Assembly: GCA_017513135.1 (NCBI GenBank)
Contig: JAFWDH010000020.1
Coordinates: forward strand, 40,965-104,964
Direction of reading: 5' to 3'
DNA: 64,000 nucleotides
From: Oscillospiraceae bacterium
GTDB taxonomy: Bacteria; Bacillota; Clostridia; Oscillospirales; Ruminococcaceae
Shown here: positions 55,362 through 64,000 of the stretch, one piece after another
Numbering within the stretch: the first letter of the stretch is position 1
Layout of the letters: every line of letters starts with the position of its first letter
Position numbers and translations under genes: made by a program
The notes under the pieces: model-generated
The model's database searches: none
The model's input: the letters and a program-made list of their open reading frames with translations, nothing else
Told to the model about the DNA's origin: nothing

Positions 55362-57177
55362 GGCAGCTCATCCCCCATTCCACCAGCATTAAGACAAGTG
55401 CCGCGGCTGCGATCCAGACAGACATATGTGTGGCCGCCTTGGGCACTGAATCCCCGTCCGAACCCTTGATGTAGTCGGCAGCCTTGTCGACCGAGAGTCC
55501 GTCCAGTTTCTGGACAGAGCTTTCGGATTCGGGGATATGTATGAAGACATCCTTATACACGTTTTTTTCATCGGACTTTTCCGTTATGCGGTAGATACCT
55601 ACCTCTGTCGGAGTGAAAACGCAGGAGAAGTCGGACATGCTGAGCTCCGATACGGTATTGTCCGGCTTCAGCAGCAGAACTCTGTCTGCATATGGCAGAA
55701 GACTGATATTGAGCGGCGACCCGACAGGGGCGCTGTTCTCCTCCACGATCCACGGTAGAGCAAACTTAAAAAGATTGCGCATCATCACTGTGAGATCGCT
55801 CTGGAGAGGAAGGTTGGAATCGTGGATATCAAAAGAAAAGACTACGGTCACCGTTCCGTCAGCGTTTTTTCTGTAGACCGCGACGACATCGTCTCCGCAC
55901 TGAAAAAGATTTTCCCAAAGGGCATTGCCTTTAAGGGGGTAGTATCTGCTGACATATGTGGAATCCAGCACAAGGTCCTTATACAGAGGACTGGAGAGAG
56001 GACCAGATATCTTCAGCTTGGCCGGTTCCTCCACCAGATCATACGCGGTCAGACCATCAGGAAGGTCCGTTATGCCGAAACTTATGACCGACATATCTTC
56101 CGGATACGGATAAGGTTCAGATCTGTCGTAGATGTACAGGTAAAAACCCGGCAGACTGTTTGAGATGATGTTGTCGGTCCATAGCGTAACATGAGGTACT
56201 GATTCCAGAGCGCTCCTGAGAAAACGCGGGTTGTCGCTCAGCAACCTTACTTTCCAGTAATACGGGTTTTCCACGCAGACCGAGAAACTGTTGTCGTCGC
56301 GAAGACCGTCCTCCAGGTCAAGGAATATCCTGGCGTTTGAATAGTTGCGGAATCGGTTCGCGTCCAGAGAGAAGGTGACTTCAGCAGGTATATCCGCTTC
56401 ACAGTCAACGAGCTGCACGTCAAGGACCTGTCCGTCGACTTCAAGTCCTACCGGAAGCACAGCGTCGGCACCGGTACTAAGCACTGAACCAGTAAAGATG
56501 ACAAGGTCATTCTTTTCATCGCCGCTCAGCGAAAGGACGGCTGCATTCCAGATATCATCGCCGACATATACGACTTCGATGTTATGCATGTCGGTACAGA
56601 CGGCATCGGTGAAAAGAACGACCTCCGTATCAGGATACAGAGAAGCTGTCTCCTGGGCGAGATCAAGTGCGGCGCTTATGTCACAGCTGCCTTTTGAACA
56701 GCTTACATTTTCAAGAACCACATCCACATCACTTGCTGAAGAGGACTCCTGAATGAGATAGTAGACCTCATCCGAAGCATAGATGATACTAACCGTGTGT
56801 CCCAGATTGATCTTTTTCGTCAGATCTCTGATCCCGTCCAGAGCCCTGTCGAATCTGCTGACACCTTTTTCATCTGAAGTCAGCATGCTTGCCGAGGCGT
56901 CGAGGACAGCTACATATTTCGTGCTGTTGCCGTTATAGATAACAGGCTTTGCGACTATGAGCGCCGTGCCAAGTACGGCCAGAAACTGGAACAGAAAGAT
57001 CAGGAATCTCTTAAGCTTCTGCATCGGCAGGACCTGATTCATGAACTTTTCCGCAAGTTTCCATATATAAGTGCTGGATACAGGCTGATCCTCGTGCTTT
57101 GACTTCACCAGATGGATGAAGATAAGCACGGGGATTCCTAAAAGCATCCAGAGTCCTTTCGGATTTTCAAAACTCAT
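55348..57177 (-). CDS. BatA-like membrane protein (aerotolerance-regulator N-terminal domain plus VWA)
   Basis: MSFENPKGLWMLLGIPVLIFIHL... BatA_N-type start. YVAVLDASASM MIDAS. C-terminal TM. 14-nt overlap with the downstream gene. Confidence 0.7.
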   Translation of the reverse strand: MSFENPKGLWMLLGIPVLIFIHLVKSKHEDQPVSSTYIWKLAEKFMNQVLPMQKLKRFLIFLFQFLAVLGTALIVAKPVIYNGNSTKYVAVLDASASMLTSDEKGVSRFDRALDGIRDLTKKINLGHTVSIIYASDEVYYLIQESSSASDVDVVLENVSCSKGSCDISAALDLAQETASLYPDTEVVLFTDAVCTDMHNIEVVYVGDDIWNAAVLSLSGDEKNDLVIFTGSVLSTGADAVLPVGLEVDGQVLDVQLVDCEADIPAEVTFSLDANRFRNYSNARIFLDLEDGLRDDNSFSVCVENPYYWKVRLLSDNPRFLRSALESVPHVTLWTDNIISNSLPGFYLYIYDRSEPYPYPEDMSVISFGITDLPDGLTAYDLVEEPAKLKISGPLSSPLYKDLVLDSTYVSRYYPLKGNALWENLFQCGDDVVAVYRKNADGTVTVVFSFDIHDSNLPLQSDLTVMMRNLFKFALPWIVEENSAPVGSPLNISLLPYADRVLLLKPDNTVSELSMSDFSCVFTPTEVGIYRITEKSDEKNVYKDVFIHIPESESSVQKLDGLSVDKAADYIKGSDGDSVPKAATHMSVWIAAAALVLMLVEWGMSCREEL

Positions 57178-58070
57178 AGTATGATCCCTGCTTCGGTAGA
57201 TTTCATAAACAGCATTCGCTCGATCGGTTCATCTGAACAGACGGTAACAAACGGTATCCCTCTCGCGTCACAGAACTGCCTGAGTTCGTTCTGATGGTAT
57301 TCAAGAGCCATTGAATAGGCCTTGAGAGTGTCTCTGGAGATCTCCATCCTTTTGTTGCGCGGGTCGTCATTTCCCCTGGCTTCACTGTCAAGAAGCCACA
57401 TCTTGCCCATCATCATGGGGTCCATCTCTTCCGGAGAGAGGACCTGAAGAAGGCAGACCTCACGGTTGCTGTACCTGAGGTATTCTGCGCCGCTTTTCCA
57501 TTCGCTCTCGGTAAGAAAATCGGAGATGATCACAGACATGCCGTCCCCGTTTCCGACATTCTCCTCTCTGGTCAGAGCGGAGCCTATCTCGGAGTTACCG
57601 AAGAATTCCGTATTGTTCAGTTTGTTGACTGCCTCGTAGAAGCGCTCTTTCCCGACGATATTGTTCGCTACATTGTCACACTTGTCATCGTGGATCTCTA
57701 TAATGCTCACTCGGTCCATGGACTGGACTGCAAGAAAACCAAGTGCGCATGCCAGTCTGAGAGCGGTCTCGCCCTTGTGCGGATCGCCCCAATCCATGGA
57801 TGCGGAACAGTCAACATAGATCCGGTGATGAAGCTGACGCTCATCGACGAAAAGCTTTATAAACAGTTTTTCAAAGCGCGCGTAAAGATTCCAGTCGATC
57901 CTTCTTAGGTCATCGCCGGGTACATATTCCTGATAATCAGCGAATTCCGCCGAGCTTCCGTGCTTGACCGTTCTGCGGTTGCCTCCGAAGAGACCGTTGA
58001 GGGAAGAGTGCACATTGAGGTCTCTGGTCTCAAGCATGGAGATGAAGGCGTCATCTATGATCTTTCTCAT
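57174..58070 (-). CDS. DUF58 family protein (MoxR-associated VWA-like)
   Basis: DYQEYVPGDDLRRIDWNLYARFEKLFIKLF...VDCSASMDWG is the DUF58 signature. 4-nt overlap with the downstream gene. Confidence 0.85.
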   Translation of the reverse strand: MRKIIDDAFISMLETRDLNVHSSLNGLFGGNRRTVKHGSSAEFADYQEYVPGDDLRRIDWNLYARFEKLFIKLFVDERQLHHRIYVDCSASMDWGDPHKGETALRLACALGFLAVQSMDRVSIIEIHDDKCDNVANNIVGKERFYEAVNKLNNTEFFGNSEIGSALTREENVGNGDGMSVIISDFLTESEWKSGAEYLRYSNREVCLLQVLSPEEMDPMMMGKMWLLDSEARGNDDPRNKRMEISRDTLKAYSMALEYHQNELRQFCDARGIPFVTVCSDEPIERMLFMKSTEAGIIL

Positions 58071-58086
58071 TTGGAGCCTCCGGAGA

Positions 58087-59133
58087 TCAGCCGAACAGTC
58101 TCTTTCTTCTCTTCTTGGGAACCACGACCTCCTTGGCGTCGGAAGAAGGTTTGCGTCCGTTTACTTCCTCAAGGAGCATATATACGAGGGTATCCGCATC
58201 CACCTTTTCGGTAATAGCGAGGAAACTGGGCTTTACACGGTGTCTCAGTATCGGATATGCCAGTGCATCGATGTCATCAAACGATACGTTGAAGCGGCCG
58301 TCCATAAGAGCCCTGACTTTGGCTGCGGTGATCATGTTCTGCGCAGCACGGGGACTTGCGCCGAAACGGATATACTTCTGAGTGAACTCGGGAGCATCTT
58401 CTCTTTCGGGATGGGATGTTTCGACAAGCCTGACTGTATAGTCCAGGATCTCGCTGCTGACAGGGATCTCCTTAGCGGTCGCTCTCATCTCAAGCAGGGT
58501 CTTCGCGTTGAGAACGGGATTGGCCTGCTCATCCATGGTCACCTGTGTCAGGTTGACGATCTTGGAGAGTTCCTCAGCGGTGGGGAAACTGACTAGGAGC
58601 TTGAACATGAAGCGGTCCATCTGAGCTTCGGGGAGGGGATATGTTCCGTCCTGTTCGATCGGGTTCTGTGTGGCAAGAACAAAGAAAGGCTCCTCCAGGA
58701 CATATGTGCTTCCGCCGGCGGTAACCGTATGTTCCTGCATGGCTTCCAGCAGAGCGGACTGCGTTTTAGGCGTGGCACGGTTGATCTCGTCCGCCAGGAT
58801 GATGCTGGAGAAGATCGGCCCCCGCTGGAAAACGAGCCTGTTCTTTCCGTCTTCGCCCTGCTCGATGACATTGGTGCCGGTAACGTCGGCGGGCATCAGG
58901 TCGGGAGTGAACTGGATCCTTGAGAAGGGAAGGTCGAAGGCTCTGCCCAGAGACCTTACCAGTCTGGTCTTTCCGACTCCGGGAACGCCTTCGAGAAGGA
59001 CGTTGCCTCCGGAAACCATCGCTATGACGGTATCTTCGACCACATCTTCCTGCCCTATCATATCTTTGCCGATCTCAGCGAGCAGCTGACGGCTCTTTTC
59101 ACCGAAAATCTCAACGTCATGTGCCTGAACCAT
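58087..59133 (-). CDS. MoxR-family AAA+ ATPase
   Basis: VLLEGVPGVGKT Walker A, ILADEINRA Walker B, ...LLEAMQE...VLATQNP..., C-terminal lid. 348 aa. Confidence 0.9.
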   Translation of the reverse strand: MVQAHDVEIFGEKSRQLLAEIGKDMIGQEDVVEDTVIAMVSGGNVLLEGVPGVGKTRLVRSLGRAFDLPFSRIQFTPDLMPADVTGTNVIEQGEDGKNRLVFQRGPIFSSIILADEINRATPKTQSALLEAMQEHTVTAGGSTYVLEEPFFVLATQNPIEQDGTYPLPEAQMDRFMFKLLVSFPTAEELSKIVNLTQVTMDEQANPVLNAKTLLEMRATAKEIPVSSEILDYTVRLVETSHPEREDAPEFTQKYIRFGASPRAAQNMITAAKVRALMDGRFNVSFDDIDALAYPILRHRVKPSFLAITEKVDADTLVYMLLEEVNGRKPSSDAKEVVVPKKRRKRLFG

Positions 59134-59193
59134 TGAACTATCTCCTATATATCTGTGTGTTTTTTGTTTCTCTTAGGCTCCGTATTGCGAATG

Positions 59194-60594
59194 TCAGTTG
59201 TTGAGCCAGTAGAAATAACTGTCGAGCATGCTCTTAAGTTCCTCCGGGATGACGCCGGATTTAAGCTGCTCCTTATACTTTTCATAGTATTTCTCATAGA
59301 CTTCACCGAATGTGACCATGCCGAGCTCGGGATCATACATCGGTTCGTCCATGCCGTATGAGTAATCGCGCGGCTGAATAAATGCGTCGCGGTCGCGAAG
59401 GTCGACGCCTTCCGCGATTTCGACGACATCGCTCGTGTCTGTGTTGACCACTCCTGCAGCAGGATCCTCAGGGCGGGTGTATCCGAGAAGGGCATCCTGA
59501 ATGTCCTGAAGCGTTTTCCCCAGCATACTGAACTTTTCTTCGACCGAGATCTGGATGTCGATCTGGTCCATGATCGCGTAGTTCTTGTTTTTCAGCTCTT
59601 TCCGGAGCTCTTCGTCAGAGAGACCGGAAAGATCCTCAGACAGGAATGTGCTGAGATCGGAGAATGCGGACAGCAGTCCGTCAGACCGGTCAATGCCGGC
59701 TGCGTTCAGGGACGAGGCAAGATCGGATGACAGTGATGATGCGGCATCCCTGTCTTCTGTCACATGAGTCGCAGCATCAGACAGAGAATCGGTCACCATC
59801 TGGGGATCTCCGACAGTCACGGCTACACCTAGAGATCTTGTCTCAGCATACTTCTGGAAAGCATCGCCTATCTCGAGCCTGGAGACAAATTCGCCCACTG
59901 CTTCTTCCATCTCCTGCCTTGCCTTTATGACAGCTGTAGCGCGCTGCAGGTCGTTTGTCCCGGCCAGCATGTTTTCCTGAAGTGTATCGACAGCGGCCAG
60001 AAGAGGCATTTCTACAGTTTCCGGGTATTCTGCATCGACTATCTCCGTACGCAGTCTCTCAGACAGTGCGGAGATCTTCTGTTCAAGTTCAAGTCGCGCC
60101 CGTATCTCGGGGTTTATCCTCGCGAAGATGTCATAGGGGATCAGCAGCATTCCTGCCATCAGAACGAAACAGACGGCAGTCATCAGCATTCGTTTTCTGT
60201 TGATCCTGAGGCTTATTCTCTTCGGACTCATAGTTCTGAGATACCAGAGAGCGTTGCGCCTCTGCACATAAGCGATCGGAGATTCATCCTTTCTGTATTC
60301 GAGCATAGTCGAGATGCGGTCCTTGAGACCCGTACCGTCTATCCGGCGTGCTATCCTTTTTTTCCAGGGATAAAAGACAAAAAAGAACAGAAAAAGGAAC
60401 ACTGCAAGGAAAGAACAAGCAAAGCAAAGCAGCAAGAACTTCCTGTCAGGTTCCTGAATCTTGAAATGATATAGGACGGAGGCGCAGAAGGTGAGGATCG
60501 AAGCTACAGCGAGCGCTCCGGATGCAGACCGGATAAGATCCTCTTTCAGCAGCCGTCTCTTAAAAGGCCGAAACAGTCTGTTTAGTTCCATCAA
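59194..60594 (-). CDS. Membrane-anchored coiled-coil protein of unknown function (first gene of the MoxR module)
   Basis: Three hydrophobic segments in the first 150 aa, then helical/acidic Ser-Asp-rich stretches (SLSDAATHVTEDRDAASSLSSDLASSLNAAG). No family recognised. Confidence 0.55.
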   Translation of the reverse strand: MMELNRLFRPFKRRLLKEDLIRSASGALAVASILTFCASVLYHFKIQEPDRKFLLLCFACSFLAVFLFLFFFVFYPWKKRIARRIDGTGLKDRISTMLEYRKDESPIAYVQRRNALWYLRTMSPKRISLRINRKRMLMTAVCFVLMAGMLLIPYDIFARINPEIRARLELEQKISALSERLRTEIVDAEYPETVEMPLLAAVDTLQENMLAGTNDLQRATAVIKARQEMEEAVGEFVSRLEIGDAFQKYAETRSLGVAVTVGDPQMVTDSLSDAATHVTEDRDAASSLSSDLASSLNAAGIDRSDGLLSAFSDLSTFLSEDLSGLSDEELRKELKNKNYAIMDQIDIQISVEEKFSMLGKTLQDIQDALLGYTRPEDPAAGVVNTDTSDVVEIAEGVDLRDRDAFIQPRDYSYGMDEPMYDPELGMVTFGEVYEKYYEKYKEQLKSGVIPEELKSMLDSYFYWLNN

Positions 60595-60962
60595 CTACGG
60601 ACAGCTGCTCTCACCGGCATAAACGGCGCGGCAGACCGTCATAAGATCCTTCCATTGAGCATATATGCAAGAAATGAATGGTGAAAACAATGGCAGAATA
60701 CTATTTTTGCATATCATCCTTATATTACAGATTTAAGAGACCGTTCTCAATATAAATATAATATATGATGTGTAAAATATTAGTGAAAGTGGACGAAACG
60801 TATTGCCGCGGATCGGCGGCTGCAGCAGTAAGGGGTTAAAAAACTGTTCTTCGGATCCGGTCTGTTTGTTCAGCATTCCGAATATCCGCACAGAGCCGTT
60901 TGCAGGATAGCTCCTGCAGATATATATTTTTCTCAGATGTTAAAGGAGATGGAGGGGCTGTA

Positions 60963-62066
60963 ATGGACAGAAAGAACAGAAGTTCGAATTTCGAACTGAT
61001 GCGGATATTTGCAATGCTGCTGATCATCACGTATCATTACGCATTGTTCAGCAATTTCAGGCATTCAAGCGGAACCCTGACATTCAACAGGCTGCTGTAT
61101 CAGTCTATGCTTCTGGACGGAAAGACCGGAGTAAACCTTTTCGTGATGGTATCAGGCTATTTCCTGATACGCTCGAAGGGTATCAGGAGCTCCAAAGTAT
61201 TACAGCTCTGGGGGCAGTGTTTCTTCTGGATAATGGGGATCTGGCTGGTGTTCCATAAGAAGATAGGCGGGTTCGGGGGAATGGTGCAGGATTCGTTCAA
61301 AGGAAAACTGTTTTTCCTCTCATCCGGCGTACAATGGTTCATATCCACGTATATGGTGATGTATCTGCTGTCACCCTATTTTAACGGGATGCTGCTCTCG
61401 CTCTCCAGAACGAGATTCCGCAGGATGCTGGTGATAACGGGCATTTTCTGGTGCCTGATCCCTACGATCGGATGGATACCGGGAATGATAGTGACGGATT
61501 TTGAGGGCAGTGATCTGGCGTTCTTCCTGTTCCTTTACTGTCTTGGAGCGTATCTGAGGCTGTATCATGAGGAATCGCACCGTAAAGCGGCTTTCTGGTT
61601 TCTTTGCGCCGCAGGAATCTGGGCTGTATGTATGGCGATCATCACGGCGGTGGACATCTGGGGCATGAAGGCAATGGGAAAACTCAAGCTTCTTGATTAT
61701 CTTTTCAACTACCAGAATCACGTGCTGATCCTGCTTCTGTCCCTCTTTCTTTTCATGGGGTTCAAGGAACTCAATATCGGCAGCAACCGGGTCGTCAATC
61801 TGGTCTCATCCCTCACTTTCGGAATATACCTGATCCACGATAACTGGCAGATCAGAAGATATGTGTGGAACAATATAGTCAGAGCCAACACCATGCAGGA
61901 AAGCCCATGGTTCCTGCTTTTCTCCGCAGGCATCATTCTGGCAGTATTCTGCATCTGCGGTGCTCTGGAACTGATCCGAAAGCAGACAGCAGAAAAACTG
62001 TGGATGAGGATCGCAGAGCCGTTGTCTGAAAGGATAGACTGCCTGATAGACCGGCTGATACCGTAG
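60963..62066 (+). CDS. Acyltransferase-3 family membrane protein (OafA-like O-acyltransferase)
   Basis: MDRKNRSSNFELMRIFAMLLIITYH is the typical AT3 start. Polytopic. AAAGGAGATGGAGG RBS. The track start at 60900 is an upstream TTG. Confidence 0.75.
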   Translation: MDRKNRSSNFELMRIFAMLLIITYHYALFSNFRHSSGTLTFNRLLYQSMLLDGKTGVNLFVMVSGYFLIRSKGIRSSKVLQLWGQCFFWIMGIWLVFHKKIGGFGGMVQDSFKGKLFFLSSGVQWFISTYMVMYLLSPYFNGMLLSLSRTRFRRMLVITGIFWCLIPTIGWIPGMIVTDFEGSDLAFFLFLYCLGAYLRLYHEESHRKAAFWFLCAAGIWAVCMAIITAVDIWGMKAMGKLKLLDYLFNYQNHVLILLLSLFLFMGFKELNIGSNRVVNLVSSLTFGIYLIHDNWQIRRYVWNNIVRANTMQESPWFLLFSAGIILAVFCICGALELIRKQTAEKLWMRIAEPLSERIDCLIDRLIP

Positions 62067-62145
62067 AAAAAGGGTAACAGAAGACGGCGTGATATTTCGC
62101 AGATATGGACAAAGGGTGTATATTGGATTCAGGAGGTATATAGAA

Positions 62146-62661
62146 ATGAGTGATTTTTTGAATGTAATCGACAAAAGGAATTCGGTTCGAAGCTACAGCG
62201 ACAAGCCTCTGCCTGAGGAGGTCTGCAAGACACTGGTCGAAGCCGGCCTGAAGGCTCCTACGGCAGCCAACAAGCAGGAGATCCATTTTACTGTAGTAGG
62301 GAAGGACAATCCCGTTCAGGCCGAGATCCAGACTGATCTCAATCCTAACGCGCAGAATTCTTTCTTCTACAATGCTCCCGTAACGATCTACCTGTCCGGT
62401 GACGAGAGCTTCAAATGGAGCCCGGTGGATGCAGGCATCGCTGTTGAGAACATCCATCTTGCGGCGGAAGCGCTTGGCCTCGGCAGTGTTATTCTCGGAT
62501 GCATGGAAGGAGTCCTTAACGGAGAGAAAAAGGAAGAGTACGCAAAGAAACTAGCGTTCCCGGAGGGATACAGATATGAGGTGGCGATCGCTGTGGGATA
62601 TCCCGAAGCGACAAAGGAACCCCATACCTTCGACTTTGAAAAGAACGTATCAGTGATCTGA
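62146..62661 (+). CDS. Nitroreductase-family flavoprotein
   Basis: ...RNSVRSYSDKPLPEE...APTAANKQE...AAEALGLGSVILG... AGGAGG RBS before ATG 62146. Confidence 0.8.
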   Translation: MSDFLNVIDKRNSVRSYSDKPLPEEVCKTLVEAGLKAPTAANKQEIHFTVVGKDNPVQAEIQTDLNPNAQNSFFYNAPVTIYLSGDESFKWSPVDAGIAVENIHLAAEALGLGSVILGCMEGVLNGEKKEEYAKKLAFPEGYRYEVAIAVGYPEATKEPHTFDFEKNVSVI

Positions 62662-62678
62662 AGCAGCGCATTACGAAA

Positions 62679-62715
62679 AGAGACCGCATTTCCGGCAGGA
62701 GATGCGGTCTTTTTA
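62679..62715. terminator. Terminator between convergent nitroreductase and SDR genes
   Basis: AGACCGCAT...ATGCGGTCT followed by TTTTT. Confidence 0.8.
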
Positions 62716-62733
62716 TGATTTAGATACCGGCCG

Positions 62734-63483
62734 TTACTTATAGTTTCTGCCCAGTGTTCTTGCTGTAAGAGTGTGCGGCAGGAGCTTGCAGAACAGGGAG
62801 TATAAACGGTAATAGATGCTGGGAGTATATGATGCTTTGCCTTTTTCTGCCTTCGCAAGCGCTCCTTTCGCGACTTCATCCATATTCAGATACGGCATGG
62901 AGAAGCCCTTTCTGCGGAGGTCGCTCCTGTCCATCGAAGTCTTCATGCCCCCGGGATTCAGCGTCATTGCATTGATCCCCTTTTCCCTCAGTTCTTCATG
63001 CAGAGCCAGCGAAAGGGACCGGACAAATGCCTTCGATGCGGCATACACGGCATCGCCGGGTACCGGGGAGAAGGCATAGATCGATGCTGTGTGAATTATG
63101 AAACTGCCTTCGTGCATAAATGGTATGCAGACCTTGTCGATATGCATTACTGCTTCGGAATTGACCCTTACGGTATTTACGAGTGACTTCTCCGGAGCTT
63201 TTTCAAATGGCGCGACAGTTTCGACACCAGCGTTATTGATCAGTATCCGTATGTCGGCGCTGCTGTTCTCCAGCAGGTCGTTGAGAAACCCAAAAGACTC
63301 AGGGTCAGAGAGGTTCATGACAACAGGTCTGATCCTGCAGTCCGCTTTGGAAGCTTCTTCCAGTTTCTCTTTCTGGATATCGATGATCCAGTATTCGTCC
63401 AGCCCGGGGTAACGGTTCCGGATAGCCGTCAGGAATGCGGAGCCGAGTCCTCCGCCTCCTCCGGTGATGATCGCGATCTTCAA
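62734..63483 (-). CDS. Short-chain dehydrogenase/reductase (SDR)
   Basis: MKIAIITGGGGGLGSAF cofactor loop, NNAG, S...YAASK catalytic motif. Confidence 0.85.
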   Translation of the reverse strand: MKIAIITGGGGGLGSAFLTAIRNRYPGLDEYWIIDIQKEKLEEASKADCRIRPVVMNLSDPESFGFLNDLLENSSADIRILINNAGVETVAPFEKAPEKSLVNTVRVNSEAVMHIDKVCIPFMHEGSFIIHTASIYAFSPVPGDAVYAASKAFVRSLSLALHEELREKGINAMTLNPGGMKTSMDRSDLRRKGFSMPYLNMDEVAKGALAKAEKGKASYTPSIYYRLYSLFCKLLPHTLTARTLGRNYK

Positions 63484-63553
63484 GTGAACACCTCAAATGT
63501 CTGGGAAATGGTCTGGCTTAATAGTTCTGTATATACAATGGTCTGAGTCTGAT

Positions 63554-63682
63554 TCAGCCATCGGTCAGTATGGTGAGAAGCAGTCTCATGATCATGTCTT
63601 TGACGGGACGCATATAGAACGGGATTATATCCTTTACCAAGCGATTATACCCTTCAGGATAGCTTATGTAGGTTTTTTTCAT
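63554..63682 (-). CDS. Small ORF (42 aa) absent from the supplied track, with strong RBS
   Basis: Minus strand: GAAGGAGCTCAGAC-ATG. MKKTYISYPEGYNRLVKDIIPFYMRPVKDMIMRLLLTILTDG. Starts 15 nt after the upstream gene stop. Below the 60-aa track cutoff. Confidence 0.35.
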   Translation of the reverse strand: MKKTYISYPEGYNRLVKDIIPFYMRPVKDMIMRLLLTILTDG

Positions 63683-63696
63683 GTCTGAGCTCCTTC

Positions 63697-64000
63697 TTAC
63701 AGTCTGTACGAATCCACGAAATCGCAGACGGCTTTCATGTTTTCAGCCTTGGCATCGTTGCGGTAGGACAGCATCTTGTTCTCACTGAATATGAATCCTC
63801 CGTCCTTTCCCAGTTCATCACACAGACGCTTGGCGTAGGAAACACATTCTTCCGGAGTCCCGTTGGAAAGCAGATCGGTCGTCATTCCGCCCATTATTGC
63901 TACATTCGGCAGCACTTCACGGAACTCGAAAGGATCGTCCTGCTCAAGATGGAAGGTCAGAAGGCCCTTAGGGTAGTCTTTGAAATAATCTGCGAAACGG
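63697..64000 (-). CDS. Uroporphyrinogen-decarboxylase (URO-D/MtaA-like) family protein, C-terminal part (gene continues beyond the window)
   Basis: The frame is open to base 64000 (...DYFKDYPKGLLTFHLEQDDPFEFREVLPNVAIMGGMTTDLL...). The C-terminal region resembles URO-D-fold methyltransferases/decarboxylases. Confidence 0.55.
   Translation of the reverse strand, partial: RFADYFKDYPKGLLTFHLEQDDPFEFREVLPNVAIMGGMTTDLLSNGTPEECVSYAKRLCDELGKDGGFIFSENKMLSYRNDAKAENMKAVCDFVDSYRL

Overview
Dense 64-kb chromosomal segment of about 50% GC. The regulatory grammar looks Firmicutes/Clostridia-like: T-box leader, CIRCE operators, lipobox substrate-binding proteins, DarA, butyrate kinase. I can support about 55 protein genes. 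All calls come from reading the translated ORFs and the DNA by eye; no search was run.

Gene content by region:
- 1-11.5 kb: M18 aminopeptidase tail, T-box plus tyrS, an alpha/beta hydrolase, htpG, two tandem esterases, an orphan sugar-binding lipoprotein, clpB.
- 11.5-15.5 kb: a gdpd-darA-CBS operon, rplM-rpsI-rpsT, a DUF2461 gene.
- 15.5-20.2 kb: 5'-nucleotidase, a Cys/His hypothetical, nudC, a split chromate-transporter pair, an ABM protein.
- 20.3-24.6 kb: a same-strand five-gene run of GNAT, polyferredoxin-like membrane protein, DUF4256, macrodomain and SirTM-like sirtuin.
- 24.8-30.6 kb: glnN (GS type III), glmS, pyrG.
- 30.6-43.2 kb: carboxylesterase, LtaS-like sulfatase-fold protein, hydrolase, MFS transporter, pckA, mgtA with a terminator-containing leader, buk.
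- 43.2-52.7 kb: a degenerate sigma-54-activator-like regulator divergent from a nucleoside-type operon (MTAP-family phosphorylase, BMP ABC importer, MtaD-like deaminase, stand-alone V4R protein, Lar-like zinc ribbon).
- 52.8-60.6 kb: a five-gene MoxR/DUF58/VWA membrane module.
- 60.9-64 kb: acyltransferase-3, nitroreductase, SDR, a small ORF absent from the supplied track, and a URO-D-family gene fragment.

I saw no rRNA, tRNA, CRISPR array, transposase, integrase or phage genes. I cannot point to one unequivocally new system. The best candidates are:
1. The GAFTGA-less pseudo-activator plus separate V4R protein around the nucleoside-scavenging operon.
2. The macrodomain/SirTM-like pair that lacks the usual GcvH-L/LplA2 partners.
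3. The darA/DarB-like operon.
4. The non-M-box mgtA leader.
5. The MoxR-VWA module.
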